A stretch of 64,000 nucleotides of DNA from Zancudomyces culisetae HAW-14-8. Lineage: Eukaryota > Fungi > Kickxellomycota. The translations under genes and the position numbers were made by a program. The number at the start of each line of letters is the position of its first letter. The first letter of the stretch is position 1. Under the pieces are notes generated by a model. The model made no database searches, had not been told where the DNA came from, and saw only the letters and a list, made by a program, of their open reading frames with translations. The stretch is from the NCBI GenBank assembly GCA_052426225.1, contig JBNJNM010000024.1:1-64000 (forward strand). The letters are read 5' to 3'. Below are positions 10,401-18,969 of the stretch, piece after piece.

Positions 10401-10853
10401 TTTTACTGTATTGCTAGCCCACGTAGCTGAACAATTATTATCATAAATAACAAAGTTTCTATCACGTTGAAGCATAGCACAATACGGACCCGTTCCTCTG
10501 TTGGCAGTGTTAGAAGCCCATGTAGCTTTATTACCATCTGCATATAATACCAGATTACCATCAGGCTGCATCACAACATCATACTTACTAGCCGAACCCG
10601 AAGTACCACTCCACCATACACCAGAATCTTTGTCGGACAAAATAAAATATCCATCACGTCTAATGTTTAGTTTATAGTTACCAAAGCTCATACTATCCCA
10701 ACCAGAAGTTGATAATGAGTTGTATTGATCAACAGCTTTATATGTACCACTGTATGATACGATAGATACGCCTAATGCCCAATCTTGACATTTGCTGCAA
10801 TAACTGTTAATGTTTGGTATAAATAAAATACCAATAATAAATAACGCTAGCAT
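7404..10853 (-). CDS. Secreted zymocin-alpha-like killer toxin precursor: B-lectin + LysM + hevein (CBM18) + GH18 chitinase + KR site + hydrophobic segment + NucA/NucB-like nuclease
   Basis: Signal peptide; QPDGNLVLY and QRDRNFVIY (bulb lectin QxDxNxVxY); ITVQPGDWC...LYPGQKLCIS (LysM); CPLNACCGEWGYCG (hevein); SIGGW and LDGVDIDWEYP (GH18 DxxDxDxE); NNKKR|GL; hydrophobic helices; RDEFPFGSMSEG...VRCV..SEN..DG. Confidence 0.9.
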   Translation of the reverse strand: MLALFIIGILFIPNINSYCSKCQDWALGVSIVSYSGTYKAVDQYNSLSTSGWDSMSFGNYKLNIRRDGYFILSDKDSGVWWSGTSGSASKYDVVMQPDGNLVLYADGNKATWASNTANRGTGPYCAMLQRDRNFVIYDNNCSATWASNTVKPDPTPDKDGNCYFITVQPGDWCQKIIDDAGISSTQLFDYNKSTWKWDGCDKLYPGQKLCISPGKPPIPTPDPNAECGPLAPGDKYNTDCPLNACCGEWGYCGITEDFCKKKNSTTNAPGTTGCYSNCVIEYVMSEPPSNFRKIAYYETWNQNWPCLNKRIDEIDWSQYTHLHYAFADIVDYNVQMDFRAREQFEAFKSLRGIKRILSIGGWGISTDSGTYNNLRKAVANWEVSAANVAKFIIDNNLDGVDIDWEYPGATDIPGVPIGDSYDPIYYTLFVYELFIKLYPLGKTVSIAAPASYWYLKNFIIDIMSEFTDYIVFMTYDLHGQWDYTNLWTGNYLKSHVNMTETLEMLALITHAGVKSNKVLLGIAKYGRTFGMEDPNCYGPDCRFAGIESKAKPGKCTNTPGYLALGEIRDILKSETIRKHYDDDLSQILVYGTDQWVSYLTDEQISFRNDLASFANMGGTVTWAEDLDAGNKISCDTSDIYDFNTLLSSSCTRNYLRDIMVDYIKGVISYWRSNASLTYDSDIKQFKDKFNIVYSISSKADYDELFTKMDKFITNIDVKNDNNYAILYFYYKRCIVFGSSINYNNKKRGLNEPFVGMINTSAIGVFVYTGVQVYTSGLQAALLAISIPGLASGVVVGAISLGLLAIATIIANYNKDTFPIPDDLMKIINSNQANLEHTIELINNPTNSKYPVDFVINDDLIGYDMEKYQDQYSIQPVSDMPMILQHKAYFNWYKKATSPQNYCVRNPNIDDDYNIFTKTITENNDGDDEPIYYVNFHGRSVGVACNAYIYFVFTEINRLRLINGDDDAIDVPQELLPVAYNTFTRRPDGRKNDDPYLDQHSCVNLPGRIINRSDNKTMVIPDYQRDEFPFGSMSEGMNNITNPDEYYISVRCVYKSENTYDGIQFRHFLNATGIWKKNDILNPLSSPRVGPIPPGGAFRVYLLNFNPTLCQQSAIIPVRTGLRQGVRNYFNEFFPVSNEPVIIQQRKKGI

Positions 10854-10913
10854 ACTTATATAATATATTTATGATATATTTATGATATATATTTTAATTA
10901 GATTAATAAAGAA

Positions 10914-10923
10914 TCATATTTGA
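10914..10923. promoter_or_regulatory. Back-to-back ATNTGA (UCS-like) motifs for the divergent toxin and 307-aa genes
   Basis: TCATATTTGA gives ATATGA on the minus strand (61 nt before ATG 10853) and ATTTGA on the plus strand (78 nt before ATG 11001). Confidence 0.5.
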
Positions 10924-11000
10924 ACATTGTCTAATAAATATAAATATTATATACCAATATAAAAATAGAATATACCAATATAAAATAGAATATAATTGAA

Positions 11001-11924
11001 ATGAGAGATATATTATTATATATTTTATTTTTATGCGGTATACATGCTGGTGATACCGTCTTCTTTCTACTAATGAATGATATAGAGGATAATTTATCTT
11101 ATCTATGTTATAGTATCAACGGGGTTAATTTATACAAGGGGGTTACAGCGGATGATAGACATGTAATCAGAAGTACATATAAAATTATAAATGATGATAT
11201 GGTTACAGATCCTTTACTAGTTTTTGATAATATGGGTGATAATAAATATGCTATAAAAAACTTAAATACTACATTTACCCATTATGGTATATTGAATGCT
11301 GATTATGAAAGTGATTGTTTATATTTCGAGGAAGAATTCTTCATACAAAAAAATGAAAATATGTTATACCCTTCCAAAATAAATAATTCCGGATTAAATA
11401 ACACACAGTGTCAGATGTCAAATAATGATTGTCTATCATGGAGTAATGATATATTGAATTTCAATGTAACAAATATAAATGGTAAAAAATATATAAATAC
11501 AGCCTCATCCGCGAGAACAAAGGTTCGTATCCATCGCGAAGCTAATAAAAATGATAAAAGAGATAAAAATGATAAAAATGATAAAAATGATAAAAAGACT
11601 AACAGAAAAAATAATAAGCCCGCGAAAACAAAGATATATGCGAATGGCGTAAGTAGTAAAGCTGTTAATTATAGAGAAATATTAAATAAGAAAAAAACAC
11701 CAAAAATAACACCAGAAGCTAAAAATGAAGATAAATTAAATACGTATATTGACGGTGTGAATACATCATACACGAAACCAAAACCATCACCTACATACAC
11801 ACGCAAACCGATGCAAACTTACAAAATAGATCCCGGTCTAAATAGAATAGATCTATTATTGGATAGATATAAAGATATAATCCCCGATGATATTAAAAAT
11901 AAAATATCGAAAATGAGAAAATGA
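11001..11924 (+). CDS. Secreted hypothetical protein with NDK repeats and a basic C-terminal half
   Basis: Signal-peptide-like MRDILLYILFLCGIHA; (AATGATAAA)n repeat near 11545-11595; divergent from the toxin gene. Confidence 0.65.
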   Translation: MRDILLYILFLCGIHAGDTVFFLLMNDIEDNLSYLCYSINGVNLYKGVTADDRHVIRSTYKIINDDMVTDPLLVFDNMGDNKYAIKNLNTTFTHYGILNADYESDCLYFEEEFFIQKNENMLYPSKINNSGLNNTQCQMSNNDCLSWSNDILNFNVTNINGKKYINTASSARTKVRIHREANKNDKRDKNDKNDKNDKKTNRKNNKPAKTKIYANGVSSKAVNYREILNKKKTPKITPEAKNEDKLNTYIDGVNTSYTKPKPSPTYTRKPMQTYKIDPGLNRIDLLLDRYKDIIPDDIKNKISKMRK

Positions 11925-11963
11925 TTTATTTTATTTATATCGTTAATTGATAATATGCGAGAG

Positions 11964-12104
11964 TTTTAAATAGTTAGTTATTTAAATAAAAATAGTTTTA
12001 AAACTTTTTTTATATATTGTTATTTGATGATATGCTATATTCCTATATACAATATATATATTTCGATAATATTAGTATACATATTTTTTGTTATTCGAAA
12101 AATA
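11964..12104 (-). repeat. Inverted repeat IR-B (141 bp)
   Basis: Reverse complement of 1184-1323. Confidence 0.95.
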
Positions 12105-12145
12105 TTATATAAAAAATAATAAAAATAGTATATACATGCCGTTGT

Positions 12146-13048
12146 TCAATATTTACTTCTTGATAATATATATTCAATATTGACATCATTTATATCTAAA
12201 TTCCTAAGCATAGCAATCAATTTAGATTTACTCAAAACTATTCTATCAGAATCTATTTCAATTTCCGAATTAGATCTAAAGCAACCGTATGTTATTTTTT
12301 CAATGTTGATATACGCATTATCATTATCATGTATTCTACAACATATTAAACACATAGATGGTTCACTCCTATCCAATCTAAATATATTTTTACTAATTTG
12401 TTTTCCCCATTTGTATGATTGCAAACTATTATTTTTATTGGGTATTGATGATATAGAATTTTTATAATTATATGAAAGGCTGTTATCTTTAATCGATGTA
12501 GGAAGTATAAAATATTTATATCTATCTAATAAGTTGTTATTTTTAAACATGCGAAATTTTCTATTGGAAAAATGTTTATCAGAGCCTAATGTTCTAATCA
12601 ATCTATTTTTTGTATATATAGATCTATCGTATCTTTTAGATAGTATTAAATCGTTGGAAGAAGTAAGTATATCGAATTTATTTATCATATCTTTTATATT
12701 TAATATGTTATGTATAATAAAATGTAGAGATATATGTTTGTTAGTACTGCATGTTTTTATATTTATATCGGATATACCAAATATTTTTGTATATGTCGAA
12801 ATAAAATTATTTACAATTACATCTTCACCGATGTCAATATTTTTACCATCAAAATCATATATTTCTGTCCATCTATCTTCATCAGCTATCATTTGATAAT
12901 AGCAAGGATTATCTGTTTCATCTATAAGCTTTATAAGTGAATCTATACTATCTATAAATGAATATTCTTTACATCCTTTACTATTTATATCTCTAGCTAT
13001 TATTATTGAATTGTTAGGTACCGATGATAGATTTTTATACCATATCAT
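12146..13048 (-). CDS. Archaeo-eukaryotic primase, PrimPol/NCLDV-herpes clade, with C-terminal Zn finger
   Basis: Motif I YDFDG (DxD), motif II ISLH (SxH), motif III YDRSIYTKNRLIRTLGSDK; C-terminal CLICCRIHDNDN...GCFR. Confidence 0.85.
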   Translation of the reverse strand: MIWYKNLSSVPNNSIIIARDINSKGCKEYSFIDSIDSLIKLIDETDNPCYYQMIADEDRWTEIYDFDGKNIDIGEDVIVNNFISTYTKIFGISDINIKTCSTNKHISLHFIIHNILNIKDMINKFDILTSSNDLILSKRYDRSIYTKNRLIRTLGSDKHFSNRKFRMFKNNNLLDRYKYFILPTSIKDNSLSYNYKNSISSIPNKNNSLQSYKWGKQISKNIFRLDRSEPSMCLICCRIHDNDNAYINIEKITYGCFRSNSEIEIDSDRIVLSKSKLIAMLRNLDINDVNIEYILSRSKY

Positions 13049-13226
13049 TCTTACAAATTGATATTAAAATATATCAGAACAATGTAATTACAGGCAAATT
13101 GAGTGTAATTTATATTTTAAAAAGTGCATTCAAATTATATAACAACAATGTATTTTTTATCGAATGACGAATGATGCATCAGCGATAAATCGTAGCAAAA
13201 AATATTTAAACATTATATTGAATTGG

Positions 13227-16200
13227 TTATATTGATTTCTTATTGCATATAGAATTCAATTCTCCTGTATAAGGAGTATATATACCAATAGTAGATGCGG
13301 CTTCTCTAGCAGCTTTAGCTTGCAAATACCACTCATCATCTGATAATCCTTTCTGATAACAACTTTCTATAGTACCGATTTTTTCATTCTGAACTATAAC
13401 GTCTCCAATTCTTTCGTATATAAACTTAAAATTGAAATCTTTACCTTTGCTTTTATTATTTATCATAGTGTATATACCTTCTTTGTTGGCTGTTAAACCA
13501 TCTTCTGTTATATGTTTTGGATATCTATACTCTTTTTTATTATCGGGTATTGATAAAAGTTGACTATGATTATTATCTGAAGAGCAAGATATACCCAATA
13601 TATAATCTTGTATATATATAGGCCTTACTGGTAACTCGGTATATATCTTATTCATACCATAAACACACATCTCATCCCCATCAAAATCGGCATTAAAAGA
13701 ACTACATAATAAAGGATTTATGCGTATACATTGTGTATTACCAATCACTAATTTAACCGACATTATCGATTTATAACTTAATGATGGCTGTCTATTCAAT
13801 AACCCATAACTCGTACCAATATCGGATCCAAATGGTATTTCTATTGTATCAATAGGCAGTTCTGGATTTGGTACAATAACTGATCTTAGACAGTGATTTA
13901 TCTTATGACCTTCAACTAATCTATGATAAGCTCCATTTTTTCCAAATAATAATCTTTTATGTTCTTTAATAATTTTTTTACCCGCACCAAATCTACTATA
14001 TAGATTATTTAAATATGTAGATCTCAATATGCATGGTAGTACCGGTGTGTTTTTATAGAATCGCACATCTAATAAATCTGTATCGCCGAAGAATAAATCA
14101 TTGGTCTTATTATATTCATTTTCGGAATAATCAACTATAGAATATTCATTCGCGTCATACCAATATCGTATATCATAACCATTGGATCTCAGCAAAGAGC
14201 AACAAATTAGTAGATATTGATTGCAGTTTATCTTGACAAATGTACACTTGTCATCTTCATTCACGTCTTTTTTATTGTTTGGCGAATTCGTTAAACAATC
14301 TTTAAACCCATCGCAATATTTATTAATTATATGAGTCGATATAAACCCGCATATTGAGCAAGAATACGCTATAGTCTTATCCATCTTATATATCTCTTCT
14401 AGTATATCATGACATCCTATGGCTATCATAATATCTCTTTCCATACTACCAAATCTTAAACCTCCATTTTTCGATTTGCCTGATTTGGCTTGTTTTGTTA
14501 TATTATCAATTTGTCCGAAATCTCTATATTGTATTTTATCATCTACTTGATGTCTTAAAGCCATGTAATAACATATACCAACCAAAATTTTATTTTTTAC
14601 ATTTTTTATATTACCATTACCATCATTAAATCTGACATTATATTCTTTTTCCCCCATTTCCTTTATCTGTCCGTAAGTCATTCTACCCGGAAATGCATGT
14701 GGATTTATTAACAAATCTATATTAATCCATGCATTCTCCGAATCATCATAATATTGAGGCATATATTCATCATCAAGTATTAAGCTTACAATACCCTTTT
14801 GACCATGTCTATTGGACATTTTATCGCCAATTTTGATATTTCTGTAATTCCTAACAACTATGGTAAAACATTTTGGATTATATAAAATAGAAGATACTAT
14901 ACCTACGTGATTAGACCTAACATTTTCAATAGTAGTTATTTGTGACGGTTTAAACGATTTAAACAATTCGCTACCTTTGCTGACATAATCTCCAACTTTA
15001 ACATACACATTTAAAATTCTATCTTCGGAACTTTCCAATCTACATGAATAACAATTTTGTTTAACACTCATATATTTTTTACTGGTAGATTTACTTATAA
15101 CAACAGCATCCTCTATATTAAATCCATACCATGGCATTATAGCCGTTTTTAGATTCCAACCATACGGAGTTGGAAAAGATTTACCAATTATTGGTTGCTC
15201 ACCTTTTATAAGCCATTTAACATCATTAAACGGTAGTTTTAATCTATTATCAACAGTTAGAGCTTGTTTAATCATACTACAAGTAAACATCGCTCTAACA
15301 GCTGGATTATGTGTTATAAATGGAATATAATCAGCTGTTACAGATACATATCTATCTTTAATAGGATTATAAATTCTACCGTTATGTGTCCATACTATTA
15401 TTATTCTATCATCTTTGTATATGTTATCATTATTTGACACTTTTACATCTTTGACTTTACCGTTGAATTTACCATCGATAAAAAGATAATACTCATCAAT
15501 AGTTGATGATGCGTTATAATTAAATACCCATTCATTTGTTTGGATATTATTATGAATATTATGAATATTATTACAATTTGATGCATCGTTATGGATGATT
15601 TCATAATCTGTATTCTTATGAGTTATTCTAGCATCTTTAGATAAATATAAAATTGTACCGCATAAAGAACCATCAGAAGTTTGCACAGGACATATCAGAT
15701 ATTTATATTCATCTTTAACCAATCTTTCTTTCATAGACATATGTTCTCTTGCCGTGGGAAATGTTATACGTCTTATAGATTCTATATCTCCTAAAATAGA
15801 ATAATGTTTCATATCTTCCGATATAGAAGTAACGTTCTGTATATTTTTTATAACCCAGTTGTGTGTACGGAAAAATTTAACAACATCATATTCATGTTTG
15901 ATGCAATCATAAATCAGCTCACCGGGCGTTATCAATCTTCTCTTAATATTAACATTATTAGTTATACCAAGCCAGTTTTCAAACATATAACATAATATGA
16001 CGGCATCATCTTCTGATATTTCTTTAGAAAATTTAGTCTTCTTAGTTTTAGCCACTAAATCTAGATGAGTTTTTAACTTATGCATATCCACTGATTTGCG
16101 ATATATCAAATCGTAATTAATAGGCAAATTCCATTTGGTAGTTTTACCTTTTAGTGTTAGCTCGTAGTTACCCATAGAAATAATGCTTATTCTTCTACTT

Positions 16201-16511
16201 TCGGAAATATAAGCTCTATCTTTAGTATATAAAGTATTGCTCATCATAAGAATTAGAGATAATGATTTGCATATACCATCAATAATAAAATATCCATACA
16301 TTTCTATGGGGTTATCATTTTTATGTATAGATAAATGAATATCTGAACCAATCATTATTGGTATTCTCTTATTTTCTATAATTGCTACATAACTCAATTT
16401 ATTATTTATACATTGAGATGGATTATTCAATATAGTTATATTCGTATTATATGGATAATATATATTATATATTTCAATTTGTCCAAAACTTGTATAGTCG
16501 TATGATGACAT
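13227..16511 (-). CDS. DNA-directed RNA polymerase, fused Rpb2(beta)-Rpb1(beta') catalytic subunit
   Basis: Rpb2 motifs ICPVQTSDG, IPFITHNPAVR, GFNIEDA, GDKMSNRHGQKG, INPHAFPGRMT, GGLRFGSMERD; Rpb1 motifs LRSVIVP, NRQPSL, NADFDGDEM, and bridge helix GLSDDEWYLQAKAAREA...TPYTG at the C-terminus. Confidence 0.96.
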   Translation of the reverse strand: MSSYDYTSFGQIEIYNIYYPYNTNITILNNPSQCINNKLSYVAIIENKRIPIMIGSDIHLSIHKNDNPIEMYGYFIIDGICKSLSLILMMSNTLYTKDRAYISESRRISIISMGNYELTLKGKTTKWNLPINYDLIYRKSVDMHKLKTHLDLVAKTKKTKFSKEISEDDAVILCYMFENWLGITNNVNIKRRLITPGELIYDCIKHEYDVVKFFRTHNWVIKNIQNVTSISEDMKHYSILGDIESIRRITFPTAREHMSMKERLVKDEYKYLICPVQTSDGSLCGTILYLSKDARITHKNTDYEIIHNDASNCNNIHNIHNNIQTNEWVFNYNASSTIDEYYLFIDGKFNGKVKDVKVSNNDNIYKDDRIIIVWTHNGRIYNPIKDRYVSVTADYIPFITHNPAVRAMFTCSMIKQALTVDNRLKLPFNDVKWLIKGEQPIIGKSFPTPYGWNLKTAIMPWYGFNIEDAVVISKSTSKKYMSVKQNCYSCRLESSEDRILNVYVKVGDYVSKGSELFKSFKPSQITTIENVRSNHVGIVSSILYNPKCFTIVVRNYRNIKIGDKMSNRHGQKGIVSLILDDEYMPQYYDDSENAWINIDLLINPHAFPGRMTYGQIKEMGEKEYNVRFNDGNGNIKNVKNKILVGICYYMALRHQVDDKIQYRDFGQIDNITKQAKSGKSKNGGLRFGSMERDIMIAIGCHDILEEIYKMDKTIAYSCSICGFISTHIINKYCDGFKDCLTNSPNNKKDVNEDDKCTFVKINCNQYLLICCSLLRSNGYDIRYWYDANEYSIVDYSENEYNKTNDLFFGDTDLLDVRFYKNTPVLPCILRSTYLNNLYSRFGAGKKIIKEHKRLLFGKNGAYHRLVEGHKINHCLRSVIVPNPELPIDTIEIPFGSDIGTSYGLLNRQPSLSYKSIMSVKLVIGNTQCIRINPLLCSSFNADFDGDEMCVYGMNKIYTELPVRPIYIQDYILGISCSSDNNHSQLLSIPDNKKEYRYPKHITEDGLTANKEGIYTMINNKSKGKDFNFKFIYERIGDVIVQNEKIGTIESCYQKGLSDDEWYLQAKAAREAASTIGIYTPYTGELNSICNKKSI

Positions 16512-16887
16512 TTTTTAATATTATAACTATAATATTAAACAAAAAATTTACAAAACCATCTTTAATTATTCACATATTAATATTTCATTTTTTTAAAAAT
16601 ATATACAAAAACAATTAAAAAATATAATATATTACAACTTATTCAAAACTAAGTTAAATACTATATTACATTCTATCCGAAGCTTAAAATATATAATACA
16701 TGATGATCAATCAGTATTATCATATTAGATATAAAAATCGATAGTGGTTTTAAAGTATATTGATAGATGAATAATTTTAAAAAATATAAAATTACAGATT
16801 ATATATACTTATTATATGCAATATTATATCTATTTTTTATTTTATACTCTTTGAAATATGCTCGATTTTATTAACATTGATATTACT

Positions 16888-17331
16888 TTATTCGTTCGAT
16901 AAATTTTCAATTAATTGTTTCTCCTCTTTACTCAATTTTTCTATCTTAACAGATTTAGTTTTTTTATCTCTTGTATGTACCTCTCTCTCATCCTGTGACA
17001 TATGAGACCAGCAACTGTATTCGTTACTTTTAGGTGCCATACATTGTTGATCATTCTTCTTTCTTCTAGTACATCTGTTTTCTTCACTGATAACCTTCTT
17101 GCTTTTTGTCGATTTTATATTCGATAATTTCATATCATCCAACATATTAATAAGAGTAGATATATCCACATCTTCATTATAATTATCTAATTTATCTATA
17201 ATTTCATCAATTGTCTCATCTCTTATAGCATCTCTCAATTCCTTTTGAATTCTTTTACTCATTTTTATTAATATTATTCTGCTTATATAAAAATAATATA
17301 TATTAAATTTGCAGTCATCATCTAAATTCAT
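16888..17331 (-). CDS. Small protein with NCLDV-type C3H Zn finger (likely start at 17262, MSKRIQ)
   Basis: RCTRRKKNDQQCMAPKSNEYSCWSH = C-x9-C-x9-C-x2-H. Confidence 0.6.
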   Translation of the reverse strand: MNLDDDCKFNIYYFYISRIILIKMSKRIQKELRDAIRDETIDEIIDKLDNYNEDVDISTLINMLDDMKLSNIKSTKSKKVISEENRCTRRKKNDQQCMAPKSNEYSCWSHMSQDEREVHTRDKKTKSVKIEKLSKEEKQLIENLSNE

Positions 17332-18736
17332 ATACGCTCTTTTTATACTTAAAAGTTTTTAATCTATGTGTCTCCAACATACCACTACAGTATATCGTAC
17401 GCTTCTTATCGAATGGGAATGTTATTATATCATTATCATTAGGCTTCACTATTCCTATATAACTCAAATCCATCAATGGCCCATATCTCAATCTATTTAA
17501 ATAATTATAATCATGGATTATTTCTTTATAATAATAAGGCAATACTGGTATATTGTTTATCCTAACTCCGTTTACTATTTTTTCCTCGTAGTTATATTCG
17601 TTTTCATATTCATCTTTAATACATTTTATATATATCTTTGATATATTCCAGTCTGAATCAAGAACTTGAGCACATATATCAGCATGATACTTATGTATAT
17701 CTATTCTTTTATCAAAAGTGCTTATTATAATACCATCCATTACGATATATTTAGGATTTATATCTGTTGATATAAATTTTCCTCTCGCATCAATATATAT
17801 CGATGCTTCCGTATTGTGTTTACGTTGTTTCAAAAATGTTCCATTTTCTTCGCATATTCTTCTTACAATTACCGGTATTGTATTTTTTTTCGATATATAT
17901 TTATCGGTACTCTGATAAGTAGAATATAATCTCGGTAAATATATATAAGGATTATCATCATATCTTTCTTTCAATCTCACATATTTATTTGTATCTGGAT
18001 TCGAATAATAATTACCTCTGAATTCTATAGAACTCTTATTTAAAGGTTTTTTTGATATCATAGGCCATTCTCTCTGATTTTCTCTACGAGCTTTATACCA
18101 AACCTCATAATCTATAGATTGATGTATACTTGCCGGATCTATACTTGGCTTATCTAGCATATCGAATATTTTAATATAATTATCAGCTTCTCGATTATAT
18201 TGTTCTTCCAACTCTGCGCATAATTTATCCATTTCATCATGTTCTTCTTGGTTGGATGATGAATGCGATATAACACCAGATACTATATCCATTTCCATCT
18301 TTTTGTATCTAACTGTTGCTCTTGTTAAACATGGTTTATTGTCTTCCAATATTTCCATATCTTCCATCATTTCTATAATATTTAACAATATATGAAAATC
18401 GAAATTCCATCTGTATAATACTGTATGTGCTAATGATGTAGTTTTTGTTATATTTATTATATTTGAAAGGCTAGATAAAGCTGAAATTATGTCATATGTG
18501 ATAACAGATCCTTTATTTTTATTCATTCTATAAATTCTATATTTACTAAACATAAAAAAATCTGATTCTTTATCCTTATTTATCTGTGGTGATTTCCCGT
18601 TATATCCCAACGATACATTTTTAATAGATATATAAGGCCATAATTCTGACATATTAAAATTATCTATGAATATAAGAGGATTTATTTCTTCATATTCAAA
18701 TTCCAATAACCATCTAATGACTGAAATTCCCACCAT
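17318..18736 (-). CDS. Putative degenerate early transcription factor large subunit (VETF-L/A7-like)
   Basis: Segments FIDNFNMSELWPY and RENQREWPMI...EFRGNYY...NPYIYLPRLYSTYQ recall NCLDV VETF-L motifs with the Cys residues lost; recognised by eye only. Confidence 0.4.
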   Translation of the reverse strand: MVGISVIRWLLEFEYEEINPLIFIDNFNMSELWPYISIKNVSLGYNGKSPQINKDKESDFFMFSKYRIYRMNKNKGSVITYDIISALSSLSNIINITKTTSLAHTVLYRWNFDFHILLNIIEMMEDMEILEDNKPCLTRATVRYKKMEMDIVSGVISHSSSNQEEHDEMDKLCAELEEQYNREADNYIKIFDMLDKPSIDPASIHQSIDYEVWYKARRENQREWPMISKKPLNKSSIEFRGNYYSNPDTNKYVRLKERYDDNPYIYLPRLYSTYQSTDKYISKKNTIPVIVRRICEENGTFLKQRKHNTEASIYIDARGKFISTDINPKYIVMDGIIISTFDKRIDIHKYHADICAQVLDSDWNISKIYIKCIKDEYENEYNYEEKIVNGVRINNIPVLPYYYKEIIHDYNYLNRLRYGPLMDLSYIGIVKPNDNDIITFPFDKKRTIYCSGMLETHRLKTFKYKKSVYEFR

Positions 18737-18969
18737 TGTAGCTGTAAGATTGATATCATATAAATCTTTCAGCGTACCTTATAAGTTACTAATATCACAT
18801 ATATTAGGAGCAAATTGCGATAAAATAGGTAAATTAAGACTTAAACTCGAGGCCAATAGAAATCTGATTCAAGAAGGAGTTTACATACTACCACCCATCA
18901 GATGGATTACATCATTTGATGTCATTGATACATTTGAAATTGAATGCATAGTGGATAACGTTAAAGAAA

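Noticed and set aside
1184-12104. DNA transposon or Polinton/Maverick bounded by terminal inverted repeats
   Set aside because: No transposase or integrase, no protein-primed PolB, no capsid and no target-site duplication; the flanks are the element's own essential genes.
12180-12940. Antisense ORFs within primase, and similar 60-120-aa ORFs inside the capping, toxin, RNAP, D5, helicase and Zn-finger genes
   Set aside because: I/L/F/S-rich shadow ORFs lying opposite or within well-supported genes.
13227-16511. Bacterial rpoBC fusion or organellar origin
   Set aside because: Motifs are Rpb2/Rpb1 (eukaryotic/NCLDV) type, and the capping enzyme and Kex2-type secreted toxin indicate a eukaryotic cytoplasmic context.
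18778-18888. Possible 111-nt spliceosomal intron (GTATGT...AAG, minus strand) that would extend the 472-aa ORF in frame to an ATG at 18949
   Set aside because: Non-YAG acceptor and weak branch site; the element appears to be transcribed by its own cytoplasmic-type machinery; an ATNTGA lies 59 nt upstream of the existing ATG. RNA-seq would settle it.
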